Notes: generated by a model not told the origin, from the sequence alone. A stretch of DNA of 64,000 nucleotides from Nitrospirota bacterium (GCA_963737155.1 CAVTRN010000001.1:384001-448000), one strand, 5' to 3'. Counted from the first letter of the stretch, positions 9,458 to 19,839 are shown. Numbers and translations are program-made.

Positions 9458-11962
9458 TCAGTGCGACACCGCCTTCACTTTCCACACATTCTCGGCATAT
9501 TCCATGATAGCGCGGTCGCTCGAGAAGCGACCCATGCCAGCAACGTTCAGGATGGCACGTTTGGTCCACTCCTCGGAGTCGCGGTAAAGAGCGTCCACCC
9601 GATCCTGGCACGCGATATAAGAAGCATAATCTGCGAGCAGCAGAAAATGATCGCTGCTGGTGAGCGCGTCGAAGATGGGCAGGAACCGCCCCGGAGCATC
9701 AGGCGAGAAATACCCGCTGGCAATCATGTCCAGCGCATGCTTCAGCTCCGCATTCACAGAATAAATGTCATGCGGTGTGTAACCCTTTGCCCGTATTGCG
9801 GCCACTTCAGCGGCGGTCAGACCGAACATGAAAATGTTGTCGCCCCCCACCTCTTCCTCGATCTCGATATTCGCTCCATCGAGCGTTCCGATGGTCAATG
9901 CTCCATTCAGAGCAAGTTTCATGTTGCCCGTGCCCGAGGCCTCAGTTCCAGCGGTTGAAATCTGTTCGGACAGGTCGCAGGCAGGAATGATCTTCCCTGC
10001 ATTCGAGACGTTGTAGTCCGGAATAAAGACGATCTTCAGAAGATTATCGACAGCCGGGTCATGGTTCACAACATCGCCGACGCTGTGTATCAGCTTGATA
10101 ATGAGCTTGGCCATGGTATACCCTGGCGCGGCCTTCCCGCTGAAAATCACGGTGCGGGGCACCGCATCAACGGCAACACTTTCTCGGATACGGTTATAAC
10201 GCGTGATAACATGAAGCACGTTCAGAAGCTGCCGCTTGTATTCGTGGATGCGCTTGATCTGAACATCGAACATCGAAGCAGGATCGACCTTGATATTGAG
10301 CCGCATCCGAATGATTTCGGCAAGCCGCTCCTTGTTTGCCCGTTTCACCTGTCGGAATTGCTGCCGGAACCGGGCGTCGGCAGCAAATGGAATAAGTTTC
10401 TTAAGCTCCCGCAGATCACGGAGCCAGTCGTCGCCGATGAACAGGGAAATGAGGGAAGCCAGACCGGGGTTTGCCTGGTTGAGCCATCTTCGCGGCGTCA
10501 CTCCGTTCGTGATATTGATGATCCTCCCGGGAAAAATTCGCTCGAAATCCGTGAAGATTGTCTGTTTCATGAGGGCCGTATGGATCCGCGAGACCCCGTT
10601 CACACAGTGGCTTCCGACAATAGCAAGGTGGGCCATGCGCAGCCTGCGCCCGCCTTGCTCGTCCACGATCGACATCCGCCTGAGAAGGTCGACATCCCCC
10701 GGAAATCTGTGCCGCACGTCCTCGAGGAACCGGTAGTTGATCTCGTAAATGATCTGCAAGTGACGCGGCAGAATCACCTCGAAAAGGCCAACAGGCCACG
10801 TTTCAAGCGCTTCGGGCATAAGCGTATGGTTGGTATAGGAGAAAATCCTGCGCGAGATGTCCCAAGCACGGTCCCATTCCAGATGATGCAGATCGAGGAG
10901 GATACGCATGAGCTCCGGTATGGCGATCGATGGGTGTGTATCGTTCAGTTGGATCGCCACCTTGTCTGGCAATTCCTCAAGATTCGAGTGATACTTGGTG
11001 AATCGGAGTAGAATGTCCTGGAGCGAAGCGCAGACGAGGAAGTACTGTTGCTTGAGCCGCAGCTCGCGGCCCATCTGCGTGGTATCGTCTGGATAGAGCA
11101 CGTTGGACAGGTTTTCTGACTCGTTTTTCTCCTGCACCGCTTTGATGTAGTTTCCCTCATTGAAGTACTTGAGGTTAAAATCGCGCGATGCCTTGGCTGC
11201 CCAGAGCCGCATGTTGTTCGCCGTGCTGGTGTCGTAGCCGGGGACAGGCGTATCATATGCCATGGCCATCACATCCTCGGTCTCAACCCAGTGAAACCGC
11301 GCGTCGCCCTGGTCGTCAATGAAATGCACCACTCGTCCACCGAATTTTACGGGAAACAGCACCTCGGGCCGGGGAAACTCCCAGGGGTTACCGTATCGTA
11401 GCCAGTTGTCGGGGTGCTCCACCTGCCATCCGTCTTCGATGCCTTGGCTAAACATGCCGTACTCATAACGGATGCCGCAGCCGTAACCCGGTAGCTGTAG
11501 CGTTGCCAGGGAGTCGAGAAAACAGGCCGCGAGCCTGCCCAGCCCACCGTTGCCGAGTGCCGCGTCCCCTTCGAGTTCACGAATCCGTTCAAGTTCCAGC
11601 TCGAGATCGGACAATGCTTCGCGGCATTCCTCGTAGAAGCCCATGTTCAGGAGGCTGTTCGACAGCAGGCGGCCGGTCAGGAATTCCATGGACAGGTAAT
11701 AAACTCGCTTGGCATCGGTCTCGTAGTAGCTGCGCATGGTTTCCATCCAGTGCTCGATCAGCCGCTCTCGGACTGCGTGGGCCGTGGTATGGAACCAGTC
11801 GCGGTGAGTCGCGGTTATGGGATCCTTTCCCAGCGAGTAAATGAGGCGGTTTGAAAGCGAACGCTTGAGGGACTGCCGGTCGTTGTCGAGCTTGTCATAA
11901 TGGAAAGAGCTGAGTTTTTTATAGTTGAAGACCATGGAGCCTCCGGGTAGGTTTTGTTTCAT
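9458..11962 (-). CDS. glgP: Glycogen/starch phosphorylase
   Basis: YLSMEFL, LGNGGLGRLAAC, QLNDTHP, KRIHEYKRQ and PLP-lysine motif EASGTGNMK. Confidence 0.98.
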   Translation of the reverse strand: MKQNLPGGSMVFNYKKLSSFHYDKLDNDRQSLKRSLSNRLIYSLGKDPITATHRDWFHTTAHAVRERLIEHWMETMRSYYETDAKRVYYLSMEFLTGRLLSNSLLNMGFYEECREALSDLELELERIRELEGDAALGNGGLGRLAACFLDSLATLQLPGYGCGIRYEYGMFSQGIEDGWQVEHPDNWLRYGNPWEFPRPEVLFPVKFGGRVVHFIDDQGDARFHWVETEDVMAMAYDTPVPGYDTSTANNMRLWAAKASRDFNLKYFNEGNYIKAVQEKNESENLSNVLYPDDTTQMGRELRLKQQYFLVCASLQDILLRFTKYHSNLEELPDKVAIQLNDTHPSIAIPELMRILLDLHHLEWDRAWDISRRIFSYTNHTLMPEALETWPVGLFEVILPRHLQIIYEINYRFLEDVRHRFPGDVDLLRRMSIVDEQGGRRLRMAHLAIVGSHCVNGVSRIHTALMKQTIFTDFERIFPGRIINITNGVTPRRWLNQANPGLASLISLFIGDDWLRDLRELKKLIPFAADARFRQQFRQVKRANKERLAEIIRMRLNIKVDPASMFDVQIKRIHEYKRQLLNVLHVITRYNRIRESVAVDAVPRTVIFSGKAAPGYTMAKLIIKLIHSVGDVVNHDPAVDNLLKIVFIPDYNVSNAGKIIPACDLSEQISTAGTEASGTGNMKLALNGALTIGTLDGANIEIEEEVGGDNIFMFGLTAAEVAAIRAKGYTPHDIYSVNAELKHALDMIASGYFSPDAPGRFLPIFDALTSSDHFLLLADYASYIACQDRVDALYRDSEEWTKRAILNVAGMGRFSSDRAIMEYAENVWKVKAVSH

Positions 11963-12064
11963 TGTACCTGAAAAGCCTGAAGAAGGGGACTTATTTTTAG
12001 GTATGCGGGCCTCAAAAAGCGCCCTCCAAAGGGGTTCAGAAAGCGGAATGCAGCGCGAACGGAA

Positions 12065-12658
12065 TTATGCAGAGCGGACAACCTTCCGGAATACGTCGAG
12101 AGGCTGCGCGCCGATAACGGATTTTTTCTCATTGATAAAAAACGAGGGAACGCCGGTCACGCCGTGGTAGGCTGCGTCTTCCTTTGTCTCTTCGAGCTTT
12201 GATAAGTACTTTCCGCTTGCGACGGCTTTTTGCATCGCCCCCGCATCGAGACCGCAATCCCGTCCGATCTGTTCAAGTACGTCGGGATTTCCGATGTCGA
12301 GGCCATGTGAAAAATAGGCAACGAACACGGCTTCGTGAAAAGCATCGAACCTGCCCTGCTCCCGGCTGAATTCCGCCGCCTGGAGGGCAAGGCGTGAATT
12401 GGAGAGGAAGGGACGGTCCACAAAGGTGATGCCGAACGGAGCGCCCGTGGTGCGGAGATGATTCATCATTCTGTTGATGTCTTCGATGCGGAAGAGCTCG
12501 GCCAGAGGCCTTCCTCCCGGAGGGGTATCCGGATGAATCTCAATGCCGCGCCATTCGACTGTAAGGTCGAATTCCTGCTTCAGCTTTTCGACGATGCCCT
12601 CGCCAATGTAATAGAAGGGTCAGATGTAGTCGGAAAAAACTTTAATGCTGATAGTCAT
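12065..12658 (-). CDS. DsbA/FrnE family oxidoreductase, selenoprotein (in-frame UGA at 12620-12622)
   Basis: From ATG 12658: MTISIKVFSDYI-U-PFYYIGEG...EIHPDTP, continuing in frame into ORF 12065-12469 (GVTGVPSF, GAQP). The UGA occupies the first Cys position of the CPFC motif. Confidence 0.85.
12590..12604 (-). promoter_or_regulatory. Candidate bacterial SECIS apical hairpin
   Basis: GGCGA-GGGCA-TCGTC hairpin; the loop starts with G about 21 nt downstream of the UGA. Confidence 0.5.
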
Positions 12659-12969
12659 TAAAATTTCCTGATTTGAAGGGATCGTGGGATACTTTACTGC
12701 TTCTAATCAAAAATGCAAGTCTGAACACTGTTGCAGATTACGGTAAGCATGTATTGTTCTGATAGTAGCAAGATATGTGCGCTCTGTCAACGACCGTTCA
12801 TCTCATTCTCTGCCGAGAATGAGTGAGCTTTCAGAATGATCGGCCTGCTTTTGCTGCTCCTCCGTTCGCTCTTTTTTCGGATTCCAGGAATTCTAGTATG
12901 CAGATGATATAATAAATTTCTTGCCAATGCTGTTCGTTGCCGTAGCCCGGGAGATGATTATAAGATGGG

Positions 12970-14682
12970 TCAGATCTCCATGATAATCGGCAAAATCATG
13001 GGCCTGCGCTCGAGACGTTTGTTGATGAACTTCTTGAGGCTGGTCCGAACACGTGCGGAAACGAGCGACCAGTCGCCCTTGGCTTCGGGGATCATGAGGG
13101 CGAGCGTATCCATGACCACGTCCCTCACTTCGGCCAGCAGTTCCTGGGATGCATCCTCGAACACGAATCCGCGCGAAACGATGTCCGGCCCCGAGACCAC
13201 CTTGCCCGAGGTTTTTTCGATGCCCAGAATTACGATGACAACGCCGTCGTGGGCAAGCTTCATGCGGTCCCGAAGCACCACCGTATCGACGCCCGAATCA
13301 ACAACCGATCCCGCAGTCTTGCCGTCGATATAAACCCTGCCTACATTCACGATGCCAGCGCGCTTCGCACTGTTTTCCGTAAATTCCATTACCACGCCGT
13401 TTTCTATGATAAAAATGTTTTCCTCGGGGATGTTCACTTTACGGGCGAGTTGGGCATGATAGACGAGGTGCCGGTATTCGCCGTGCACGGGGATGAAATA
13501 CTTCGGCTTGATCAGGTTCAGCATGAGTTTGAGCTCTTCCTTAGACGCGTGGCCCGAGACGTGGATTTCGGAGACTTTTTCGTAAAATACTTCTGCCCCT
13601 CGTTTGAACAGGTGGTTGATGATGCTTGAGATTGCCCGTTCATTCCCAGGGATCATCTTGGACGACAGTACGATGGTGTCGCCTTTTTTGATCTGAAAAT
13701 GCTTATGTTCGTTGGCGGCCATGCGCGAAAGAGCGCTCATGGGTTCACCCTGGCTGCCCGTCGTAATCATGACAACCTCATCGTCTGGCAGATTTCTAAG
13801 CTCGCCGATTTTAAGCCATGTGTCCGGAGGCATCCGGAGATAGCCCAGGTCAAGGGCAATCTGGGCGTTGGCAATCATGCTCTTGCCGTTCAGAATCACC
13901 TTTCTGCCGTACATGACGGCAACATCGATGATCTGCTGGACGCGGTGGATGTTCGAAGCAAACGTCGCGACCACAATTCTCCCCTTGGCCCGGGAGAAAA
14001 TATCCTCGAACCCGCGACGGACCTCCTTCTCGGAGAAGGTGTAGCCTCCCTGTGAGGCGTTCGTACTGTCGGACAGAAGCACGAGCGTGCCTTTGTCCCC
14101 GTACTCCGCGAAGGTGCGGAGGTCCATAATCTCGCCGTCCACAGGCGTGGGGTCGATCTTGAAGTCTCCAGTATGGACCAAACGGCCCACGGGTGTCGTG
14201 ATACCCAGCCCTACGCCGTCGACGATGCTATGGGTCACACGGATGAATTCAACGCGGAAACACCCCAGATGCACCACGTCGCGGGGACGAACGGAAACGA
14301 GGTTTATCTCACCGTCGAGCTCGTGCTCCCGAAGCTTTTCCGTCACAAACCCGAGCGTCAGCCTGGTGCCGTAGACCGGCAGCTTGATCGCCCGGAGCAG
14401 GAAGGGCAACGCGCCGATATGGTCCTCGTGACCATGGGTAAGCACCACGCCTCGGATGCGATCCTTATTATCGGTAAGGTAGCTGAAGTCGGGGATGACA
14501 ATGTCGACGCCGAGCATTTCAGCGTCGGGAAACATGAGACCCGCATCGATTACCAGGATGTCGTTGCCACATTCGAGAACGGTCATATTAAGACCGATCT
14601 CGCCAACCCCGCCGAGGGGAATGATCGAGAGGGTAGTTTCGTCCGCAGTAGCCTGTGAGGGATGATTGGGGGTGTCTGTCAC
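12970..14682 (-). CDS. rnj: Ribonuclease J
   Basis: PLGGVGEIGLN, THGHEDHIG, HTGDFK, TGSQGEP, HVSGHA and PVHGEYRH. Confidence 0.97.
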   Translation of the reverse strand: MTDTPNHPSQATADETTLSIIPLGGVGEIGLNMTVLECGNDILVIDAGLMFPDAEMLGVDIVIPDFSYLTDNKDRIRGVVLTHGHEDHIGALPFLLRAIKLPVYGTRLTLGFVTEKLREHELDGEINLVSVRPRDVVHLGCFRVEFIRVTHSIVDGVGLGITTPVGRLVHTGDFKIDPTPVDGEIMDLRTFAEYGDKGTLVLLSDSTNASQGGYTFSEKEVRRGFEDIFSRAKGRIVVATFASNIHRVQQIIDVAVMYGRKVILNGKSMIANAQIALDLGYLRMPPDTWLKIGELRNLPDDEVVMITTGSQGEPMSALSRMAANEHKHFQIKKGDTIVLSSKMIPGNERAISSIINHLFKRGAEVFYEKVSEIHVSGHASKEELKLMLNLIKPKYFIPVHGEYRHLVYHAQLARKVNIPEENIFIIENGVVMEFTENSAKRAGIVNVGRVYIDGKTAGSVVDSGVDTVVLRDRMKLAHDGVVIVILGIEKTSGKVVSGPDIVSRGFVFEDASQELLAEVRDVVMDTLALMIPEAKGDWSLVSARVRTSLKKFINKRLERRPMILPIIMEI

Positions 14683-14952
14683 GCGGTGTGCGCTCCTGAG
14701 GGAAGATTTCTTGTAAATCCGGTCGCTTTATAATCTACTATATTCCTTTTGGCGGGGCCCGTCAACCCTGTCTGGGTTTTAAGATAAAGGACGGGAAGGA
14801 CAAATACCGTAAGACAGGTGTGCAGCCAATCGAAGTCTGTCACCTATCCCTCTAGCGCAGAGCCAACCTGCAGTTCGCGCATTGGACTTAACTAAAATTC
14901 GTATTGTTATATAAGTGAATGGAGGTAGTCAAGCTGAAAAACAATGGTTGGA

Positions 14953-16560
14953 TTACTGTTCGAAGCGTGTCACGAAGGCCCCGATGAATTTCATGTGGCG
15001 AACATAGTCCTCGAAAGGGACTTCTTTTACAATACCGCCGCCCGGCCGGCCCGCGTGATCCTTGTCACCGGAGGCATGAATCAGGTATGGTTTATCCGTT
15101 TTTATGTGGACGATTGACAGATGGGCAACGATTTCCTCGCCTGAGCGTTTTTCCGGGTCCTTAACCCAGTACAGGATATCACCGTCCAGGAGCTGCTTCT
15201 GGACGGATCTGCTGAGAAGCACTTTTTTTGGCAAAATATCTACTGTAGCCCTGCCGCGCGAACCGGGAATCGTTTCAACCGTTCCGAGCGTGGCAGTGAT
15301 GTTTTTCCCCCACTTCCCGCTGAACACCATGTCTTCGCCATACTGGTAACGTGTATCATAGTTGGTCACAAGGCCGTCCGCAAGCATGCCCTTCGTGGTA
15401 AACCGGAGCGCCAGCGCCTGATCGATTGCCTGACCAGGCGTGCTGCTCCGCGCCAGCTCGACGGAACGGAACGTATGGTACATGCAGTCGATCTTCTCAT
15501 CGGCCACAATACGATTGGTGCGAACATAGAGGCCAAGGGGGTCGGGGTCGTAGGGTGTGCCGATGAAACGGCCCGCCCAGTAGACGATGCGCCTGTTGAA
15601 GGGAAGTTGGGCAACCCGCGCCTGTGCCATAAGGATCTCATCGGCGGTCATCTGGGAGGGTTGTTTGCCTTCATCGGGATCGGCGCCGATGATCCGGACC
15701 CCGTACTGAAACGTCTTGGCATAGCGACGCTCCCGGATGCCGACGATTTGAACTTTTCCCTTGCGCGCAGCCTGCATGAATCGCCCGTCGCCGAGATACA
15801 GCCCCTCTTGACCGCCGGAAAAGACCAGGATATCTCCGGGCACAAGGTCCTTCTTCGATACGTGCTCTCCGGCTTCTTTCAGTTCGCTACGATCTTTTAC
15901 CGCGGGAAATCCGTGAATTCGATAGACAATGGAGATCAGCCCACTGATGTCGATGCCCTGGGCAGTCATGCCGCCAGCAAGGTACTGAACGCCCCGAAAG
16001 CGTAGCGCAGTGTTCGCTATCTCATCGGGCCTGGTGTCGTTCACAATAGGATCTGAGGACTTCACCGGCATTGTGTCGGTCCTGTTGATGATGGCCACGG
16101 AGCGGTCTGGAAACTGGACCTTCAAGCCGTTCTGCGTTTGTTCGAGTACAGGGAGATGCGTTCCGGCAAAGAGAGGGATTTTTTGATTGCCGGTTTTGTC
16201 CAAGATCAGCGCCTCGGTCTTCGTCGCGGAAATGACGATCCATTGGCGTTCGGAGCTCAGATAATGTTTGCCCTTATTTCGGGGAATCGAAACCGCTTCC
16301 TGCTGTATCCACCCCTCCAGGTTCCCCTGGTCCGAGATCGATATCCGGTAATGGTTGTCCTGCTTGCCCAGAATGAGTACCTCGTCTCCCATGAGCACCT
16401 GCGTTTCAAGCCGGGACTTGGGCAGCGGTTCCTCATGGACATTGGCGAGGGGAGCGGATACGATGCCGACGCTACCGTTCAGCGGCAGCTCGGCCTGAAC
16501 GGCAGAAGAAAAAAGCAGGACCGCAAACCAGGAAAGCGCTATGGCGAGATGTTTTTTCAT
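14953..16560 (-). CDS. Secreted SH3 + degenerate NlpC/P60 + DUF1460 (amidase-like) peptidoglycan hydrolase
   Basis: LETQVLMGDEV (SH3-like), GIDISGL in place of DCSG, then FIGTPY...IDCMYH...HLSIV...IHAS of DUF1460 type. Confidence 0.7.
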   Translation of the reverse strand: MKKHLAIALSWFAVLLFSSAVQAELPLNGSVGIVSAPLANVHEEPLPKSRLETQVLMGDEVLILGKQDNHYRISISDQGNLEGWIQQEAVSIPRNKGKHYLSSERQWIVISATKTEALILDKTGNQKIPLFAGTHLPVLEQTQNGLKVQFPDRSVAIINRTDTMPVKSSDPIVNDTRPDEIANTALRFRGVQYLAGGMTAQGIDISGLISIVYRIHGFPAVKDRSELKEAGEHVSKKDLVPGDILVFSGGQEGLYLGDGRFMQAARKGKVQIVGIRERRYAKTFQYGVRIIGADPDEGKQPSQMTADEILMAQARVAQLPFNRRIVYWAGRFIGTPYDPDPLGLYVRTNRIVADEKIDCMYHTFRSVELARSSTPGQAIDQALALRFTTKGMLADGLVTNYDTRYQYGEDMVFSGKWGKNITATLGTVETIPGSRGRATVDILPKKVLLSRSVQKQLLDGDILYWVKDPEKRSGEEIVAHLSIVHIKTDKPYLIHASGDKDHAGRPGGGIVKEVPFEDYVRHMKFIGAFVTRFEQ

Positions 16561-16622
16561 CGGGTAAATCAGGAAAACGGAGTGAACTGCAATGTGAACG
16601 CGTATTGTTCAATGGAAAAAGA

Positions 16623-16651
16623 TGGTGCCGAAGGGGGGACTCGAACCCCCA
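16623..16651 (-). mobile_element. att site: isolated 3' end of tRNA-Leu (T-arm and acceptor strand only)
   Basis: Minus strand TGGGGGTTCGAGTCCCCCCTTCGGCACCA with no D-arm or anticodon arm upstream; abrupt drop in GC right after it. Confidence 0.85.
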
Positions 16652-16723
16652 TTGCCCACCCTCGCGTTTTCAATTTAATTCAATAGTTACTCGTGTTTTG
16701 GGGGTAATAAAAAGCCCTTTTTT

Positions 16724-16745
16724 TGGTGCATAAGTGGTACACAAG
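16724..16745 (+). repeat. Tandem 11-bp direct repeat, likely integrase arm-type sites
   Basis: TGGTGCATAAG TGGTACACAAG, about 70 bp inside the att core. Confidence 0.5.
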
Positions 16746-16944
16746 CGTCATTTATACCATATTAAACCTTCACACTTCAACTATAAAATTTCCCACTGTC
16801 CTATACTTCCTCAAAATTAATTATTCGATGGCCTTGACAATAACTGCAATATCCCTATAATCGGCCTAATCAGTCCTAAATAATTCCAGCCAGCTTGGGA
16901 TTTTAGAAATAGTTTGACTTCCCTCTTTCAGGGGACAACCCAAC

Positions 16945-17073
16945 ATGGCTTTGCAATCAACGCTTCGACTCGATAAGCATCGAGTAAGTGCGATTTGCCC
17001 CAACCATAATTATGTCAGAAAAAGAAACAGGTACGAGTCTTCGTTTTCGTACTCTAATGAGAAACGGACATAA
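16945..17073 (+). CDS. Possible 42-aa leader ORF upstream of the radical SAM gene
   Basis: AGGGGA RBS-like sequence then MALQSTLRLDKHRVSAICPNHNYVRKRNRYESSFSYSNEKRT*; below the ORF-track cutoff. Confidence 0.3.
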   Translation: MALQSTLRLDKHRVSAICPNHNYVRKRNRYESSFSYSNEKRT

Positions 17074-17113
17074 CCTTCCGACGTTTTAGTAAACAGCACA
17101 GTCAGCCTACCCT

Positions 17114-18469
17114 ATGAAACGAATTATGCTCATTAACTCCCCGTTATTTGAGGAGAAGCATGATTTAAACAAGGAGGATTATCTCCCACCCTTGGGCTTG
17201 GGTATTATTGCCACAGAATTAATGAAACATGACAATATTCAAGTTAAACTGATAGATGCCATAGCTGAAAATAAAACCGTTACGGAAATAATAGCTGCAA
17301 TATCCGAGTCTCAATCAGATTTCGTTGGAATAAATATTTTTACTACAAATTTCCGACACGTAAAAGAAATTATTGAGAAAACGAAAATAAAAACACACTT
17401 CATCATAGGTGGCATATCTACCCGGTCGCTTTATCATGAAATATTTAAATGGAAGACGCAGAATGACATAGACATTGTATACGGAGATGGCGAACTCGTA
17501 ACTCGTGATATCGTATATTCTTGCGTTAAAGAGAAACCGTCTAAGCAAAGTGGTACGATGAGATTCTTCGTCATTTCTAAAGAATCTTCCTACCATGTGC
17601 AGGATATTTCGCAAAAGGAAATTGAAAGAAAGCTTTTTCAAAATGAACCGTATTTAAATTGCTATGGTCGCCCAGAAGTAAGTATTTATACGAGCAGAGG
17701 TTGCATATATAATTGTGCCTACTGCGTGGCGGCACATGATATTAATCATCAACTAGGCGTTCGCATAAAAAAGGTTCCCCACGTAATTTCAGAGTTGACC
17801 GGAATTAAAGCACTCTACCCCAGGCTCGAATATATCCGAGTGTTGGATGATTTATTTTTACGAAGCGGCCAAAGCTTCAGTGATGCAAATACCATTTTTA
17901 GTCAATTTAATTTCTTATGGCGTGCAATGTGCCATATAAAGCCATTATATGCTGTTGACATAAATAATCTACTCAAGCTTCATTCTAATGGCTGCAAGGA
18001 ATTGTTTGTAGGAATTGAATCTGGCTCAAGGCGTATTCTCAGTAAGATTCATAAAGAGACCGATATTAATGTGATTTTAGAGGCGACTGAAAAAGTCTTT
18101 CAATCAAGGATTAATTTAAAAGGTTATTTTATATGTGGCTTCCCTTCCGAAACTCTTCAAGATTTAGAAGATACTATTGGGTTAGCAGAAAAAATAAAGC
18201 AACAGGCTGATAAGTACCAGGTCAATTTTAGAACCAGCACATTTCAGTTTAGGCCATATTATGGGACTGAATTGTACAATGAGATACTCGATAAATCCCC
18301 CTACAAAGAAGCTGCATCTATTCTTTTCGAGACGAAACAATCAGACTTGCTGAATGGAGACACTTCACGAAAATCGTTTGACTTTGAAAGCGGTAATTAC
18401 TCATCAGTCAGTGACTCTGTATTACAAAATTGCATAGGGAGGATGAATGCTTTAAATGGTACTGTTTAG
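17114..18469 (+). CDS. B12-binding domain radical SAM protein (class B methylase-like)
   Basis: YLPPLGLG, IIGGI and GDGE in the cobalamin domain; SRGCIYNCAYC, GIESGS and FICGFPSET. Confidence 0.9.
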   Translation: MKRIMLINSPLFEEKHDLNKEDYLPPLGLGIIATELMKHDNIQVKLIDAIAENKTVTEIIAAISESQSDFVGINIFTTNFRHVKEIIEKTKIKTHFIIGGISTRSLYHEIFKWKTQNDIDIVYGDGELVTRDIVYSCVKEKPSKQSGTMRFFVISKESSYHVQDISQKEIERKLFQNEPYLNCYGRPEVSIYTSRGCIYNCAYCVAAHDINHQLGVRIKKVPHVISELTGIKALYPRLEYIRVLDDLFLRSGQSFSDANTIFSQFNFLWRAMCHIKPLYAVDINNLLKLHSNGCKELFVGIESGSRRILSKIHKETDINVILEATEKVFQSRINLKGYFICGFPSETLQDLEDTIGLAEKIKQQADKYQVNFRTSTFQFRPYYGTELYNEILDKSPYKEAASILFETKQSDLLNGDTSRKSFDFESGNYSSVSDSVLQNCIGRMNALNGTV

Positions 18470-19028
18470 TACAATAAAAAAATGTAGGACGTGTGATTTG
18501 TGTCGCAACCAGCGACCGTTACTACAATTGAAAACAAAAGCCGATGTCTTTTGGGTAGGTTTATCTGCTGTGAGGACGGATGTCTCAAAGGATGTGCCAT
18601 TATCTGCAAATACGAGAACTGGCAAATTAGTCGATGATATCGAAACCCTGCTTAACGACATATCTTTTTACAGAACAAATATAGTTAAATGTCTTCCATT
18701 AAAAAATACAAAGATACGGTATCCGTCAATAGAGGAAATGGAAAGGTGCTATAAACATTTATCAAAGGAAATTGACTATATGACACCCAAAATTATATTG
18801 CTCTTAGGAAAGCAAGTTGCATCTTTTATTTTAAAATCGAAGGGAATAAAAGAATTTGAGCTTGATGAAGGGTTTAATTATAAGCCAATTTTTATTGATG
18901 GAATTTATTATTTGCCTGTACATCACCCATCCTACGTACTCATTTATAAGAGAAAGTATTTACAAAATTATACAGCCAAGATAAAAAACTTTTTGACGCA
19001 TTATCATTGTCAAGAAGCTATAGCCTAA
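18456..19028 (+). CDS. Divergent family-4-like uracil-DNA glycosylase
   Basis: CRTCDLC, TNIVKCLP, IILLLGK and HHPSY; motif A is VGLSA instead of GEAPG; overlaps the radical SAM gene by 14 bp. Confidence 0.85.
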   Translation: MVLFSTIKKCRTCDLCRNQRPLLQLKTKADVFWVGLSAVRTDVSKDVPLSANTRTGKLVDDIETLLNDISFYRTNIVKCLPLKNTKIRYPSIEEMERCYKHLSKEIDYMTPKIILLLGKQVASFILKSKGIKEFELDEGFNYKPIFIDGIYYLPVHHPSYVLIYKRKYLQNYTAKIKNFLTHYHCQEAIA

Positions 19029-19146
19029 TAGGCCATTGCGAATGTCCGTAATTAATCTGAATAGACAGAGTATTGAGACAAACAAAAAGTATCATATTGT
19101 ATCTCCTGAATTACAAGGTGTATAATTATTTCAGGAGTTTTGAATT

Positions 19147-19839
19147 ATGAATACATCCATATTTGAACTTATTCGATTTATCGTTTGGCGTGCGACAGAG
19201 GCAAGAGGCGGTCTTTCGACCATTGCTCTTGTTAAATATTTATATCTCGCAGACTTATTCTACGCTGAGGAAACAGGTGGAAAAACGCTGACGGGGTTAC
19301 CCTGGATTTTCTACCAGTATGGCCCTTATTGTACAGAAGGTTTTCGAGTGATTGATGATGCCGTAACGCATGGTTTTATCAATGCTAAAAATTATCAAAG
19401 CAAATATGAAGTGGACAAGGAATATAAGTGGTATTCGTCATTAGATGAAAATGAGCCTCAGTTAGATGTGCCGGTCCACGTTTGGGCATCGTTGTCCAGT
19501 GCTATCGGTAGGTTTGAAGATATACGGGATTTAATGAGTTACGTTTATTTCGAAACTGCTCCAATGCAACAAGCTAAGGAGAGGGCTCCTCTCGATTTTT
19601 CGAATGCCAGAAAAATCAAACCTGAAAATCCCATTGTAATGAATAAGCTTTCTGCAAAAAAGATAAGAAAGGCTCAAGAAATACTGAACAAAATACGTGA
19701 AACTCGCACAAGGAATAGTGTTGTATCGTATGCCGGACCATCACCCGTTTATGACGATAGTTATTATGAATTTGCAAAAACTCTTGATGATGAATGCGAA
19801 GCTCCAAAATTGACTGGCAAACTAATCTTCTTTGATTAA
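19147..19839 (+). CDS. Panacea/SocA-like (DUF4065-type) antitoxin
   Basis: LVKYLYLAD...TLTGLPWIFYQYGPY pattern. Confidence 0.65.
   Translation: MNTSIFELIRFIVWRATEARGGLSTIALVKYLYLADLFYAEETGGKTLTGLPWIFYQYGPYCTEGFRVIDDAVTHGFINAKNYQSKYEVDKEYKWYSSLDENEPQLDVPVHVWASLSSAIGRFEDIRDLMSYVYFETAPMQQAKERAPLDFSNARKIKPENPIVMNKLSAKKIRKAQEILNKIRETRTRNSVVSYAGPSPVYDDSYYEFAKTLDDECEAPKLTGKLIFFD

Noticed and set aside
61-16686. Long antisense or overlapping ORFs in the host region (for example 5800-6627, 10061-11011 and 61-243)
   Set aside because: Shadow frames of GC-rich real genes with no recognisable motifs.
16623-16700. Complete tRNA gene
   Set aside because: Only the T-arm and 3' acceptor strand are present; treated as an att site.
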